A stretch of DNA of 64,000 bases from a virus, in IMG/VR virus record IMGVR_UViG_3300042907_001518, positions 1 to 64,000 of that record; one strand, 5' to 3'. Each line of letters starts with the position of its first letter. Position 1 is the stretch's first letter. This document shows, in pieces, positions 30,680 to 41,024 of this stretch. Below the pieces are notes generated by a model that worked only from the letters and a program-made list of their open reading frames with translations, was not told the origin of the DNA and did no database searches. Both the position numbers and the translations under genes were made by a program.

Positions 30680-31665
30680 AGTTTTAACAATCTATTTATA
30701 GTAGATTTATTACACACCAGCAGATACGAAGCATTATCTTGAAAACCGAAGGTTATAAGGATTTGGTTATTATATTCTGTAATACCACAAGCAAATTCAA
30801 TTTTACCGCCCATAAAATCAAACCTAGGAGAAACTTTCAATAGATTAAAATGTTTGTCCCACAGAGCAAATCTGTGTCTATAAGTCGCATTTTTACGACC
30901 AGCCTCACTCTGATATAGATCAACCTCGTGCAGCAAAGCTAGATAGTGATCTTCGTAAGGAATTACTTGGGAACCACCCCTAAGATCCCTTGTATTTAGT
31001 TGTTGATACTCTGTTAATACTATGGTTTCTGTTGTCTCATTGATCGGATCATATTTTACAACTTCTGTTGGATTGGTCCATTTAATATAAGTATATGGCT
31101 GATCAACTACTGGCATCCAGTTTTTTTCACAATACGACTTGTCTGGTGCTGGGGCTGGTAATCTTTGTCGTGAAATTTCTTTCCAGTTATGATTATCACA
31201 TACTATTTCTGATAATTCCATACGGCCTTGACCATTAGTAGTAGTATCTCGTCGCACTCCGCTCAAAAATAATCTATCTTCCCAATAAATTAATCTAGCA
31301 TCTTCTAATCCTATAAATTCCCATAGTGGTTTTACATCTAATTCTTTTGTATCAACTATAGAATCTATTATAATATTAAAAGTATTATCTAATTTACAAA
31401 GTATATTATGTGTTGCTAACACACTATGTTGTTCTGTATGAAGATAGCATAACGGCCCCCAAATGTGCTCATTTACTCCATGCTCAGCATGATAAAGCGC
31501 ATAATTAACATTACGGAGATTGACTAATAATTTTCCATTTAGATTTAAAATAGATGGATTAGTTAATGATGGACCAATGATCTTTTCAGAAGGAATTAAC
31601 AGCGGAAAAATTTGTCCGCCGTCTAAAATAGCCTTTTGTGCAAAATTATCTATATCACTAATCAT
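30676..31665 (-). CDS. Five-bladed beta-propeller glycosidase/phosphorylase-like protein (GH130-like)
   Basis: NPSI, GLEDARL, EKNWMP, LRGGSQ, IEFACG motifs. Confidence 0.6.
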   Translation of the reverse strand: MISDIDNFAQKAILDGGQIFPLLIPSEKIIGPSLTNPSILNLNGKLLVNLRNVNYALYHAEHGVNEHIWGPLCYLHTEQHSVLATHNILCKLDNTFNIIIDSIVDTKELDVKPLWEFIGLEDARLIYWEDRLFLSGVRRDTTTNGQGRMELSEIVCDNHNWKEISRQRLPAPAPDKSYCEKNWMPVVDQPYTYIKWTNPTEVVKYDPINETTETIVLTEYQQLNTRDLRGGSQVIPYEDHYLALLHEVDLYQSEAGRKNATYRHRFALWDKHFNLLKVSPRFDFMGGKIEFACGITEYNNQILITFGFQDNASYLLVCNKSTINRLLKL

Positions 31666-31709
31666 AAACTCTCCTTTTTTATAGTAGCAATTATAGGAGA
31701 ATTGACAAT

Positions 31710-32070
31710 TAAATATTTTCTTCCAGAATAACTGGTGTTTCTATAGTAGTATTATCTATCAAAGAATTTAAATAATTAACTACAATAAGATTTACTTCTT
31801 CCTGTGTTGGATAATGATTAAATTTAAAAAAACTGAGTAGTGTTGTAATCAATAACTACTCTTACTCTGTATTTCTCAGAAGGGTCTAAAAAACTTAAAC
31901 TATTTTGTAATTGCTATAATTTAACCTCGTTTATTGTTGTGGCTGATAATAAAATTTCTTTAATTATCTCTATAGCTTCTAATTGTCTTTGTTTTGGAAT
32001 GCCTTCGTGTTCACTAGTTTTAGATTCTGCTAGTTGTAAAACTATTTCACAAGCTTCATATAATAACACA
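31710..32070 (-). pseudogene. Two small disrupted ORFs
   Basis: Coding-like frame DPSEKYRVRVVIDYNTTQFF continues as KFNHYPTQEEVNLIV only across a 7-T run; the upstream ORF has its ATG out of frame with LLYEACEIVLQ. Confidence 0.4.
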
Positions 32071-32081
32071 TAAAGTTCCTA

Positions 32082-34895
32082 TTAATAGAATAATAAACAT
32101 CTAAAGCATTCTAAATTAGAATGTCTATTTAGCCATAAATACTTAAGACCATCTGGAGTTTCGAAAATTTCCATTCTATTGCCAATGATAGCCGTACCAG
32201 CAATATAGGGGTATATTCCAGCGCCATGAATACTATTAGTTAATATATCTATATAATAACATCTTGTGGTTACTTCTTTAGTGAAATATAATCTGTCTCC
32301 ACCGTCGTAAGCATACATACTTCCCGTAGTTAATGTTTCTGTTATTGGTGTTGGGACCACAATATCCCAACTGTCTTTAGCTATATTATACTCATCAAAA
32401 CCCACTACGGCGCCACCTCTAGCTGTAATTAAAAATAACCCCCTCTTATTTATATCAGAAGATCCATATATCCAATTTAAATTAATTCCAGCGCCTTTAA
32501 TGGGAGTATTAAGAATTGAATACACCGTGCTTGCGCTAGTCGGTGCTGTTGTAACAGCTGTGAACGTTAAAGTTGTGGTAGTATTTGAACTTATAGCAGT
32601 TTCCTGCGTGACGCCAGCACCCCCAACAAATTTTAATCTCTTACCAGCAAAATAATTTACAACCCAACCATTCATACTCATGGTGGTTGATGATACGCTT
32701 GTGGAGCTTGGCGTATTGACTTGATATGTTCCAGTATCTCCAGAGCCGGTAATGTAATCAAGAATAATAGTACCAGACGGTACATTAGTGCCGCTTATGG
32801 TTTGGCCGGGACCAAGAGAACCGCCGCTAGACTTAGCCGTAACGGTTAATACATTGCCAGATATTGAAGCAGTAAATGACGATGCTGCTACTTTAGTAGT
32901 ATCTTGCAGTGTGGTGGTAGAATGTGTGCCAGTAGCTATACCACTGTCTGATGCTCCAAGTGCGGCTGGTTTAGATATAATATATTTAGTAGTTCCATTA
33001 GTTGGGGCGGTTGCCGTTGCGGTAAATGTCAAAGTGTTACTAGTATTTGATGCTATTCTAAAAGTTTGACCAGTTGGAGCATTGCTTAATGTTGTTGTCA
33101 TATAACAAACATGTCCTGCCCATTCGTTGGTTGTCCAGCTTTTAGTAGAGTCTGTTAACGTTGTTGCGGACTGAGCGGTAAATGTTGCATTTGCCGTTGG
33201 AGTTCCAACCATAGTATAAGTATAGGTTGTTCCACTTGTGACAGTAATTGCGGCGGCAATATTATATAACGACGCATCACCACCCGTGGCTCCAGTGTGT
33301 GTAACTGAATATCCGGTCTTAAAATTATGATTAAGTGTGGTTGTTACTGTTGCAGTTGTGCCACTTCTTGTGGTAGTTGAAATTGAAATTGGCTTATCTT
33401 CCCCATATTGCGCCGCTCCAGACCTTGATACTCCACCGTCTAGTTTTTTATTACCAGACCAAGTATCTTCTTCTGCGCAACTTGTATATAAGCAAGCCTG
33501 TGCGCCATATGCTGCGTAGAGTAAATCATTATCTCCTTGAATTTTATAAGTTGATGTATTGTCTGGGTTAATTTTAAATGACTGAGAAATAGATAATGTA
33601 TCACTGGTATTACTTTTAATAATACGACTTTGACCAATACCAGTACCTCCAGTAATTACCACCCTATGGTTAGCCCATCTGTTAGTTGACCAAGATTTTG
33701 AGCTATCTACTAAAGTTGTTGATGTGGCACTCGAAGCTGTTCCAGCATCAAAGCCTTCTATAATGTATCTTGATGTGCTGTTGGGTGCGGTTCCAGAGCT
33801 AGACCAAGTTAATGTGTTAGATGTGTTAGATGCTATTGGTCTTAATTGTCCTTCGCCAGTGCCACTAAAAATTCTAACATAATAATTAGCAAATTCATTT
33901 GTATTCCAACTTTTTGTATTATCTACTAAAGTGGTCGTAGTTCCAGATGACGCGACTCCCTTTTCCCAAACGCTAGCATTTTCTGTTGTTCTTTCTAGCG
34001 AAAGGTCGGTTATGGTAATGTTAGAAATAACGTTAGTGGGCAATGTCCTATTATACCATATATCTGCGGCAATGTCATAATAAACTAGCCCGCCAGCAAC
34101 GTTAGTTAATAAATAGATTCCACCAGACTGCACTACAAATCTTGATGTTTCGTCTGGATTAACAGCCCAATTAGAATCAACCGTTAAAGCTCCAGATTCA
34201 ATTGAATAAAAGCTTTGCGATCCGGCGGTTGCTGATATTGCCGTAACCAGTGGGGCCATAGCATCAACATTGTTCTGTGTTAATTGATTAATATCTCCGA
34301 ATGTGATACTAGTAGCGTCACTGTAAAGAATTTTACGAACTTGACCAATACCAGAGCCGCCCGTAATTCTAACTTGATAGCCAACCCATTGATTAATTGC
34401 CCAGTTTTTTGTACTATCGGTAATACGTAGTAAGCTTGTGCTGCTGGTTACGCTAGTAGCAATTCCAGCATCAGCGGTTACTGGGTCAGACACGGCTGTG
34501 ATTGTTCTTTGTTGTCCAGCCCCTGTGCCGCTAATAATTTTAATATCAAATCCTTTTAATATTTCACCACTTATAGTGTCGGTAGTGATAGTATTTGATG
34601 TTGCTGAAATAGCTCTACCATAATGACCTATAGCGCCGCCAAATTTCATAGATGTGGCAGTTGTTGTTGTTACAGGAGAACTTGCTAGCTGTAAATATGT
34701 ATCCGTCCATGTGTCATATCTCCAAAAATTAGCTGTAGCAATAATATAATAAATATATCTACCATGATTTGGATGATATAAGCTATTATCAGAAGAACAA
34801 GCCGCAGAAACAGCACTAGATACTGCTGGAGCAAATCGTAGCCATTCCCAAACTGGAAGATCAACTTGTGTTTTTAGAGTATTAACTAGTGTCAT
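32082..34895 (-). CDS. Large Ser/Thr-rich virion fibre/appendage protein with internal repeats
   Basis: About 6 repeats like TLxDxTKSWxxNxW...GTGxGQxR; Kelch-like termini. Confidence 0.6.
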   Translation of the reverse strand: MTLVNTLKTQVDLPVWEWLRFAPAVSSAVSAACSSDNSLYHPNHGRYIYYIIATANFWRYDTWTDTYLQLASSPVTTTTATSMKFGGAIGHYGRAISATSNTITTDTISGEILKGFDIKIISGTGAGQQRTITAVSDPVTADAGIATSVTSSTSLLRITDSTKNWAINQWVGYQVRITGGSGIGQVRKILYSDATSITFGDINQLTQNNVDAMAPLVTAISATAGSQSFYSIESGALTVDSNWAVNPDETSRFVVQSGGIYLLTNVAGGLVYYDIAADIWYNRTLPTNVISNITITDLSLERTTENASVWEKGVASSGTTTTLVDNTKSWNTNEFANYYVRIFSGTGEGQLRPIASNTSNTLTWSSSGTAPNSTSRYIIEGFDAGTASSATSTTLVDSSKSWSTNRWANHRVVITGGTGIGQSRIIKSNTSDTLSISQSFKINPDNTSTYKIQGDNDLLYAAYGAQACLYTSCAEEDTWSGNKKLDGGVSRSGAAQYGEDKPISISTTTRSGTTATVTTTLNHNFKTGYSVTHTGATGGDASLYNIAAAITVTSGTTYTYTMVGTPTANATFTAQSATTLTDSTKSWTTNEWAGHVCYMTTTLSNAPTGQTFRIASNTSNTLTFTATATAPTNGTTKYIISKPAALGASDSGIATGTHSTTTLQDTTKVAASSFTASISGNVLTVTAKSSGGSLGPGQTISGTNVPSGTIILDYITGSGDTGTYQVNTPSSTSVSSTTMSMNGWVVNYFAGKRLKFVGGAGVTQETAISSNTTTTLTFTAVTTAPTSASTVYSILNTPIKGAGINLNWIYGSSDINKRGLFLITARGGAVVGFDEYNIAKDSWDIVVPTPITETLTTGSMYAYDGGDRLYFTKEVTTRCYYIDILTNSIHGAGIYPYIAGTAIIGNRMEIFETPDGLKYLWLNRHSNLECFRCLLFY

Positions 34896-34908
34896 AATAA
34901 ATTCCTAT

Positions 34909-35247
34909 TTATGAAAAATTAAGTTTGCTGCGAATACAGTTTGCGTATGTATTGCGGGATATGTCTATAAATTGCCTATGATCCATACTCGCTATAGCAG
35001 CCACGTTTAGTACGGTAGTTACTGAATTTAGATTAGAGGTACTGCTTGAGTTATCTATAATAACTCTTTGGCGATTAGCACCATCAACAACAGCATTACT
35101 TTCTAATAATTTAACTATTCGTCTCAAAAGAATATTCGCTTCTTCTGAGGCTAATTGATTTTGACCTATTTGATCACTAGAAATAACTACCGGAGAGCTA
35201 TTATTATTGTTAGCTTGGCCGTTCTGATTTTGTGGGAAATATGTCAT
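34909..35247 (-). CDS. Hypothetical virion-associated protein
   Basis: 112-aa ORF with GGAG RBS and an upstream GTGTAT motif. Confidence 0.6.
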   Translation of the reverse strand: MTYFPQNQNGQANNNNSSPVVISSDQIGQNQLASEEANILLRRIVKLLESNAVVDGANRQRVIIDNSSSTSNLNSVTTVLNVAAIASMDHRQFIDISRNTYANCIRSKLNFS

Positions 35248-35280
35248 TGAAGCTCCTACGTGTTATTATAATATACACTT

Positions 35281-37512
35281 TTATACAATAATCCAGTTTG
35301 ACCCATCGCTAATTACACTAATACTTATATACTGTCTATTAAGACCAATATCAGAATATCCATCGATTGTTTGGCCAACAGAGGTTTGTAAATACACTGT
35401 GCCAGTTGTATTGTTTTTAAGCGTAAATATGCCTTTGTTGTTAACTGCGGTTGGTAGAATTAGAGCATAATTAGTGGCCAAATCACTAAAAATATAAACG
35501 TATTCTCTAGCAGATGATCCTGTGGCAGAAATATTGCTATTATTAACATGGACAATGACTGATTTTTCCAAACTTACAGGAATATTATTAACTTCTAAAT
35601 TAGTAAAATTACCACTAGCGGCACTTAGCAATCCGCTACTAATAGTTAATCCATTAGTGAAAGTATGATTAGCCTCGACTGTTCTTGAGGTATTTATATG
35701 AAGATATTGATTATGATCATCATCTCCAAGACCGAATAATAATCCATGATCATTCTGAGTAACACCCTGGTTTCCTTGGGTACCTTGTATACCATTAGAT
35801 CCTTGGGTGCCAGTATTGCCCTGTATACCTTGAATACCTTGGATTCCCTGAGCGCCTTGATCGGCAAGTAATGTCCAAAAAGTTCCTTCTGTTGGAGTAT
35901 CACCAGTATTACCACCATTGGAATTAATACGATACCATGTCTTACCATCGTATGTAGCAACGTCTCCAACAGCGTAAGAAGCTCCTATATTATAGGCTCC
36001 GGTAAAATTCCAAAGGGCGGCAGTACCTTGTACTCCTTGAGTGCCTTGAGATCCAGTGATGCCTTGGATACCTTGTGAGCCTTCAGTTCCTTGTACGCCA
36101 GTCGGTGCTGCAGTAAGAATAAACAACATTTGATGATTATTAGGAAAAGAGAATGTTGATGTAACTAAACTAATTCCATAAGTCCAATATGTAGTATTAT
36201 CAGTCTTACTAGTAATTGTCCATTCTTGATAATTTGTATGTACATCTTTATCTTGTAGAGTTATAACACTTCCAACATTAACATTTGATAAAAATCGGTC
36301 TAAGTTATCTCCATTTTGATCTAATTCACTTACACTAATAGATGTTGCAGACACTTGTGTTGCATTGTTCCATATAATATGACCTGATCCTGGATTTCCA
36401 TTTGTTATATTAGTTTTTGCTTGATAGTTAAAAAATGCATTAGAAGTTCCTGCAGTCCCTTGAGTTCCTATTGCTCCTTGTACTCCTTGAGCACCTTGTG
36501 ACCCAGCGATGCCTTGTTGCCCTTGAGTACCTTGTGATCCAGTAACTCCCTGTTGTCCTTGAGTGCCTTGAGATCCAACACTTCCCTGACTTCCCACAGA
36601 TCCCTGAGAACCAGTAGCACCTTGGATTCCCTGAGTACCCTGATTGCCTACACTACCTTGGGTTCCTTGACTTCCTTGACTTCCAATTGTTCCTTGAGTA
36701 CCTTGACTACCAACCAATCCCTGTGATCCTATAGAACCCTGACTACCAGTGCTTCCTTGAGATCCTATTGTACCCTGTGAACCTTGAGAACCAACACTTC
36801 CCTGACTACCAGCATTTCCTTGAGAACCAGTTAAGCCTTGACTTCCAACTATACCTTGTGTACCATTGCTTCCTTGACTTCCTGTGGCACCTTGTGTTCC
36901 TTGACTTCCTTGGTTACCTACTGATCCCTGTGATCCGATAGTTCCTTGTGTTCCCTGATTTCCGCTAGTACCCTGTGAGCCAGTCGCTCCTTGACTACCA
37001 ATAAAACCTTGTGTTCCTTGGTTTCCAATCATACCTTGTGTGCCGCTACTGCCTTGACTTCCTATGGCTCCTTGACTACCATTGTTTCCGGTATTGCCTT
37101 GAGTTCCTTGTAATCCTATTAACCCTTGACTACCCGTATTACCTTGTGAGCCAGTCAATCCTTGACTTCCGATACCTCCTTGAATACCCTGATTGCCAAG
37201 ATTACCTTGAACGCCCTGAATTCCATTTATTCCTTGAGATCCAATATTTCCTTGAATTCCTTGAATACCCTGCATACCAAGTGGACCTTGAATACCAGTA
37301 GTTCCTTGAATACTATCAGTAATAGTAATATCAGTAGCACCTATTTGTTCAACAACTATAGCTATTGTGCTATCTGCGGTATTTGTTTGTATATCCAGAG
37401 ATGTGGTTTGATCTGTAGATAAATTAGGAGTATTATCTGTTAAAATAAAACCATTAGTAGAAATTTCAATATTATTTTCTGGAATAATATCGACAGTAAC
37501 ATTAAAGTCCAT
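35281..37512 (-). CDS. Collagen-like fibre protein (G-x-Q repeats) with a small carbohydrate-binding-like module
   Basis: Long GSQ/GTQ/GIQ triplet tract; YAVGDVATYDGKTW resembles CBM5/12; C-terminal QTIDG...SDGSNWII. Confidence 0.75.
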   Translation of the reverse strand: MDFNVTVDIIPENNIEISTNGFILTDNTPNLSTDQTTSLDIQTNTADSTIAIVVEQIGATDITITDSIQGTTGIQGPLGMQGIQGIQGNIGSQGINGIQGVQGNLGNQGIQGGIGSQGLTGSQGNTGSQGLIGLQGTQGNTGNNGSQGAIGSQGSSGTQGMIGNQGTQGFIGSQGATGSQGTSGNQGTQGTIGSQGSVGNQGSQGTQGATGSQGSNGTQGIVGSQGLTGSQGNAGSQGSVGSQGSQGTIGSQGSTGSQGSIGSQGLVGSQGTQGTIGSQGSQGTQGSVGNQGTQGIQGATGSQGSVGSQGSVGSQGTQGQQGVTGSQGTQGQQGIAGSQGAQGVQGAIGTQGTAGTSNAFFNYQAKTNITNGNPGSGHIIWNNATQVSATSISVSELDQNGDNLDRFLSNVNVGSVITLQDKDVHTNYQEWTITSKTDNTTYWTYGISLVTSTFSFPNNHQMLFILTAAPTGVQGTEGSQGIQGITGSQGTQGVQGTAALWNFTGAYNIGASYAVGDVATYDGKTWYRINSNGGNTGDTPTEGTFWTLLADQGAQGIQGIQGIQGNTGTQGSNGIQGTQGNQGVTQNDHGLLFGLGDDDHNQYLHINTSRTVEANHTFTNGLTISSGLLSAASGNFTNLEVNNIPVSLEKSVIVHVNNSNISATGSSAREYVYIFSDLATNYALILPTAVNNKGIFTLKNNTTGTVYLQTSVGQTIDGYSDIGLNRQYISISVISDGSNWIIV

Positions 37513-37515
37513 ATA

Positions 37516-37914
37516 TTAGCATTCTAATAATGTGTTAGAATTACTGTATCTACTGTTTATACTAACAATACCATATAGAATTCTAATTGTTTCTTTACCT
37601 CCACCAACATATAAATCATCGTCCGATTGTAGTTCTAGATCATACCTAGCACTTTTAAATATAAAGTCATTAGTTATACTGGCTGGTAATAATAGGGTAA
37701 GTTTACCATTTGCTCCATCAATAGTAAAACTATATAAATCAGGGTCAATATTATCTGTGGTAAAAGTTTCTGTAGTTCCAGTATTAGTGACCCATGTTAA
37801 TCTAGCACACCAATTAGTAATATCAATAACATTATGATTTTGATCTTTATAAACTAAACTAAGCCTAAATGAAGTACCTTGTTCTATAGTAAAATCATAT
37901 TTGCTAGCTGGCAT
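37516..37914 (-). CDS. Virion structural protein (Ig-like/BppU-N-like)
   Basis: DFTIEQGTSF...RYDLEL...RILYG pattern. Confidence 0.5.
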   Translation of the reverse strand: MPASKYDFTIEQGTSFRLSLVYKDQNHNVIDITNWCARLTWVTNTGTTETFTTDNIDPDLYSFTIDGANGKLTLLLPASITNDFIFKSARYDLELQSDDDLYVGGGKETIRILYGIVSINSRYSNSNTLLEC

Positions 37915-37959
37915 AATATATCCCTCTTCAGATGTAATAAACTATATTATAATACACCT

Positions 37960-37992
37960 AAAAAAAAAGGCCAGCCTTGCGGCTGACCTTCT
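37960..37992 (-). terminator. Rho-independent terminator after the major capsid gene
   Basis: On - strand: AAGGTCAGCC-GCAA-GGCTGGCCTT followed by a T run. Confidence 0.85.
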
Positions 37993-38016
37993 TTTATTGG
38001 CGTTAAAGTCCGAGGA

Positions 38017-39045
38017 TCAAAGAGCGCCAAGTAGTACTCTGCGGTTATCAAGAACAGCAAAGCCTTGCTCAGCCCAGCCATAGAAACCAGCTCTCTTTTG
38101 ACGATGAAGAGTATCATCTTCGAAGATTTGAACTTCTTGACGAACTGGCATTATGAAACTGTCTCTCTTGCGTAGATCAAGACCAACAACAATCTCAACC
38201 TTATCATTAGCGCTATCACCACCGGCGTTCTGTGGTAGTGTGCCACCAAGGACGTTGCTGTAGAATAGTTGATATTGTTGACCTTCACCTAGCTCATCAC
38301 GATCATGGAGATTGATACCGAAGACACGGTTTAGAGTGCCATCAGCAGCAGTGTAAATCTCACGACGAGTTACTTCGTCGATTTGATCAAGACCCCAATT
38401 GCGGATGTCTTCCATAGCCTCTGGACTAACATAGAGGTCGGTTAACATGCCACGGTTATTACTGGCGGAGTTACCACCACCGTTTCTGCGCATTACTGTC
38501 TTCATGAGACTGACTAATCTCTTGCTGAATAAGCCAGGATTAGCATCAGTATCATAAACTACGATGTTACGATCAACACCAGCAGCAAGAAGTGTATGCC
38601 AGCCGTCATCATTCATCTTCTTAACAAATTGGGCTTCGAGAACTTCCATAGCACGACCAACAACGTCCCAACGGGCGTCACGGGCATACTTTAGAAGATA
38701 ATCGATACTAGCGCCAATGTCATAGGTTGGAACCATGACATAATCGCCTTCAACATGCTTCTGTGGAATATAACCATGATTTGGGATGGTATAAGCCACA
38801 AAGTCTTTTTCAGTACCTGGAGCAAGAAAGTCTAATGGAAACTCTGGAGTGGCACTTTGGGCCAATGCGATTGGCTCGAAAATGTCATCTAGAATATTGC
38901 CACTAAGGACGCCTTGACGAAGTGGAAGTTCAAGAGCCTTAGCAAATTCATGATTTGCGGCTAATGCTTCCTCTTTGTGTAACGAACCAGACTTAACGAG
39001 AAGGTCTGTTAGTTCTGGTGTGGGTTCAAATTTTCTATTGGACAT
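38017..39045 (-). CDS. Major capsid protein (HK97-like)
   Basis: About 342 aa after the scaffold and decoration genes; GGGAGA RBS before ATG 39045; high-expression codons; downstream terminator. Confidence 0.8.
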   Translation of the reverse strand: MSNRKFEPTPELTDLLVKSGSLHKEEALAANHEFAKALELPLRQGVLSGNILDDIFEPIALAQSATPEFPLDFLAPGTEKDFVAYTIPNHGYIPQKHVEGDYVMVPTYDIGASIDYLLKYARDARWDVVGRAMEVLEAQFVKKMNDDGWHTLLAAGVDRNIVVYDTDANPGLFSKRLVSLMKTVMRRNGGGNSASNNRGMLTDLYVSPEAMEDIRNWGLDQIDEVTRREIYTAADGTLNRVFGINLHDRDELGEGQQYQLFYSNVLGGTLPQNAGGDSANDKVEIVVGLDLRKRDSFIMPVRQEVQIFEDDTLHRQKRAGFYGWAEQGFAVLDNRRVLLGAL

Positions 39046-39059
39046 GTTTTTCTCCCTTA

Positions 39060-39518
39060 TCAAGTTATATTAATGTCTACTTTGATGTAACCATCAGCAT
39101 CTTTAACGCTCAAGAAACGACCTACTTTAACACTATTTGTGCTAACGTTGGTTAGTTTACCGTTTGCACCGTAGTAAGTATCTTCACCGATGGCTGGACT
39201 GACTCCAGAAACAACCATATTAGTTGTTACTTGACCCTGACGAAGAAGTGTTACCTTACTGCCAGTCTGAACTTCGTCTTTGTGCCAATTGATGTGCTGT
39301 CTTGTAAGATCAAGACTTACAACATCATTTAGCAATAAGCCAGCTGGTTTTGTACCAGACTGTGAGGCAGAAACTGTTACTAGGGCGAGTGAATCGTCCA
39401 TAGCAACGCCGCTACCGCCAGTACTGTGTACAACAACAACACCACGCTCTGCTGATGCGTCATTGCAGAAGAACGAAATATCTGTGTATGCTTCAACGCG
39501 ATCTGATTTTAAAGCCAT
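39060..39518 (-). CDS. Capsid decoration/cement protein
   Basis: 152 aa between scaffold and capsid; G.LLNDVV, G.VTT, VGRFLS motifs. Confidence 0.6.
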   Translation of the reverse strand: MALKSDRVEAYTDISFFCNDASAERGVVVVHSTGGSGVAMDDSLALVTVSASQSGTKPAGLLLNDVVSLDLTRQHINWHKDEVQTGSKVTLLRQGQVTTNMVVSGVSPAIGEDTYYGANGKLTNVSTNSVKVGRFLSVKDADGYIKVDINIT

Positions 39519-39520
39519 TT

Positions 39521-41002
39521 TTACTCTCCCTTATTAAGTTTTTTACCTAGTCTAATACAAACAAAGTCAACTAAGGCAGCTCTTGTATTCTGCATTTCTG
39601 ATTCTGTTTCGCTACCAACGCTTAGATCAATCTCTTGATCGTTAGTCTCAACGTTTTCTAAAGCGAGCGAAACATCTTCGGTTTTTGCCTCAGTTTCTTC
39701 TGCTTTAGTATCTTCAACACTTGCTGCTGGTTGAACGGTCTTTACAGAAGCTAAAAGTGATGTCATACTTGCGAATGTGTCATCATCTAGTGTTTCGAAT
39801 TTTTCAACTGTGGCACTAGCTATTTCTTCTGTTACGCCATTCTCAAGAAGAGTGGCCATTCTTTTCATCTTCTTTTCTTTCTTGGCCATTTCTTCTTCTT
39901 TCATCTTATAACCAGCTAAAGCTTCATTAGCAACTTGTAGTTCGTTAATTGCAGCACTAAGGGCAGCTTTCATTTTTTCCATTTCTTCTTCCTTCTTCTT
40001 CTTCATCATCATATCTTCTGCCATCTTCTTTGCTGCTTCTGTCTGCTCATCAGTTACTGGAGTCACTTCTTCTACCACTACTGTTTCGGCAACTTGAGCC
40101 TCAACAACCGTTGTGACTTCGTTTTCTGGCTGAGCGACTTCGGATTCAATACTCATATTTGTCTCCTTTAAATTGGCTTGATTTGAAAATACACCTTCTT
40201 TTATAAAATCGTCATTTTTTTCTTCTATATTTTTAGTAAAAGCAATCTCTTTATCGAAATGCAAACTGTCTTTTGTAAAAATAATACTTTCTGGATTAGC
40301 GGGTCTATTAACAAAACCCTTACCAGAAAACGTAATTTGTCTTAGTACTCTACCAATCTTATAGTCTTGATGTTCACCTTGTCCACCATAGGCCCTTAAG
40401 TGTCTTGTTAAGAAAGCCGTTTCTTCATTTCTTGGTAAAACATGAAATTTACCAGTACTCTTATTAATTAATCCATAGTCAAATCCCTTAAAAAAGCACT
40501 CCATGCTAACATACTTATTACCTGATTCAATTTCTTCTATTAATGTTGAGGCTCTATCTTTGAGTTCTGGTTCTGTATAACCTGTATAAATTACTGATCC
40601 AGTAAGAATGTGAAATTTTTCTGGTAATTGATCTAGGTTAATATTTTCATTAATTAATTCACCATCATCATTGATTGGCCAATTAGATGTGATGTGGCCA
40701 ACTATCGCGGCTTCATCGTGTTCCAGATTGGTTGGTTTGTGTGTTGGTGTGGATCTGGCTAGCCAAACTTCTTTAGCGTCAAAAATATCATCATTTTTGT
40801 TCCAAGAAGTAGTTACTAAAATAGATTGAGTATAGTATAGGTCGGTATCCTCAATACCGGCCAAAGCTTTCACATTTTGTTTTAGTTGGGAATTATGTAC
40901 TTCGTGATCAGATTTTTCTAATAGCGAAGCATAAACAATAGAGGATTTTGCAGAAAGAGCTTCTGATAATCCGGCATCAACTTCTGCTTTATATATTTGC
41001 AT
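39521..41002 (-). CDS. Prohead protease/scaffold protein
   Basis: NKNDD.F, NLEHD, VSMEC, GFVNRPANP motifs; acidic coiled-coil C-terminus. Confidence 0.7.
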   Translation of the reverse strand: MQIYKAEVDAGLSEALSAKSSIVYASLLEKSDHEVHNSQLKQNVKALAGIEDTDLYYTQSILVTTSWNKNDDIFDAKEVWLARSTPTHKPTNLEHDEAAIVGHITSNWPINDDGELINENINLDQLPEKFHILTGSVIYTGYTEPELKDRASTLIEEIESGNKYVSMECFFKGFDYGLINKSTGKFHVLPRNEETAFLTRHLRAYGGQGEHQDYKIGRVLRQITFSGKGFVNRPANPESIIFTKDSLHFDKEIAFTKNIEEKNDDFIKEGVFSNQANLKETNMSIESEVAQPENEVTTVVEAQVAETVVVEEVTPVTDEQTEAAKKMAEDMMMKKKKEEEMEKMKAALSAAINELQVANEALAGYKMKEEEMAKKEKKMKRMATLLENGVTEEIASATVEKFETLDDDTFASMTSLLASVKTVQPAASVEDTKAEETEAKTEDVSLALENVETNDQEIDLSVGSETESEMQNTRAALVDFVCIRLGKKLNKGE

Positions 41003-41024
41003 GTTTAACTCTCAAAAGTTAAGT

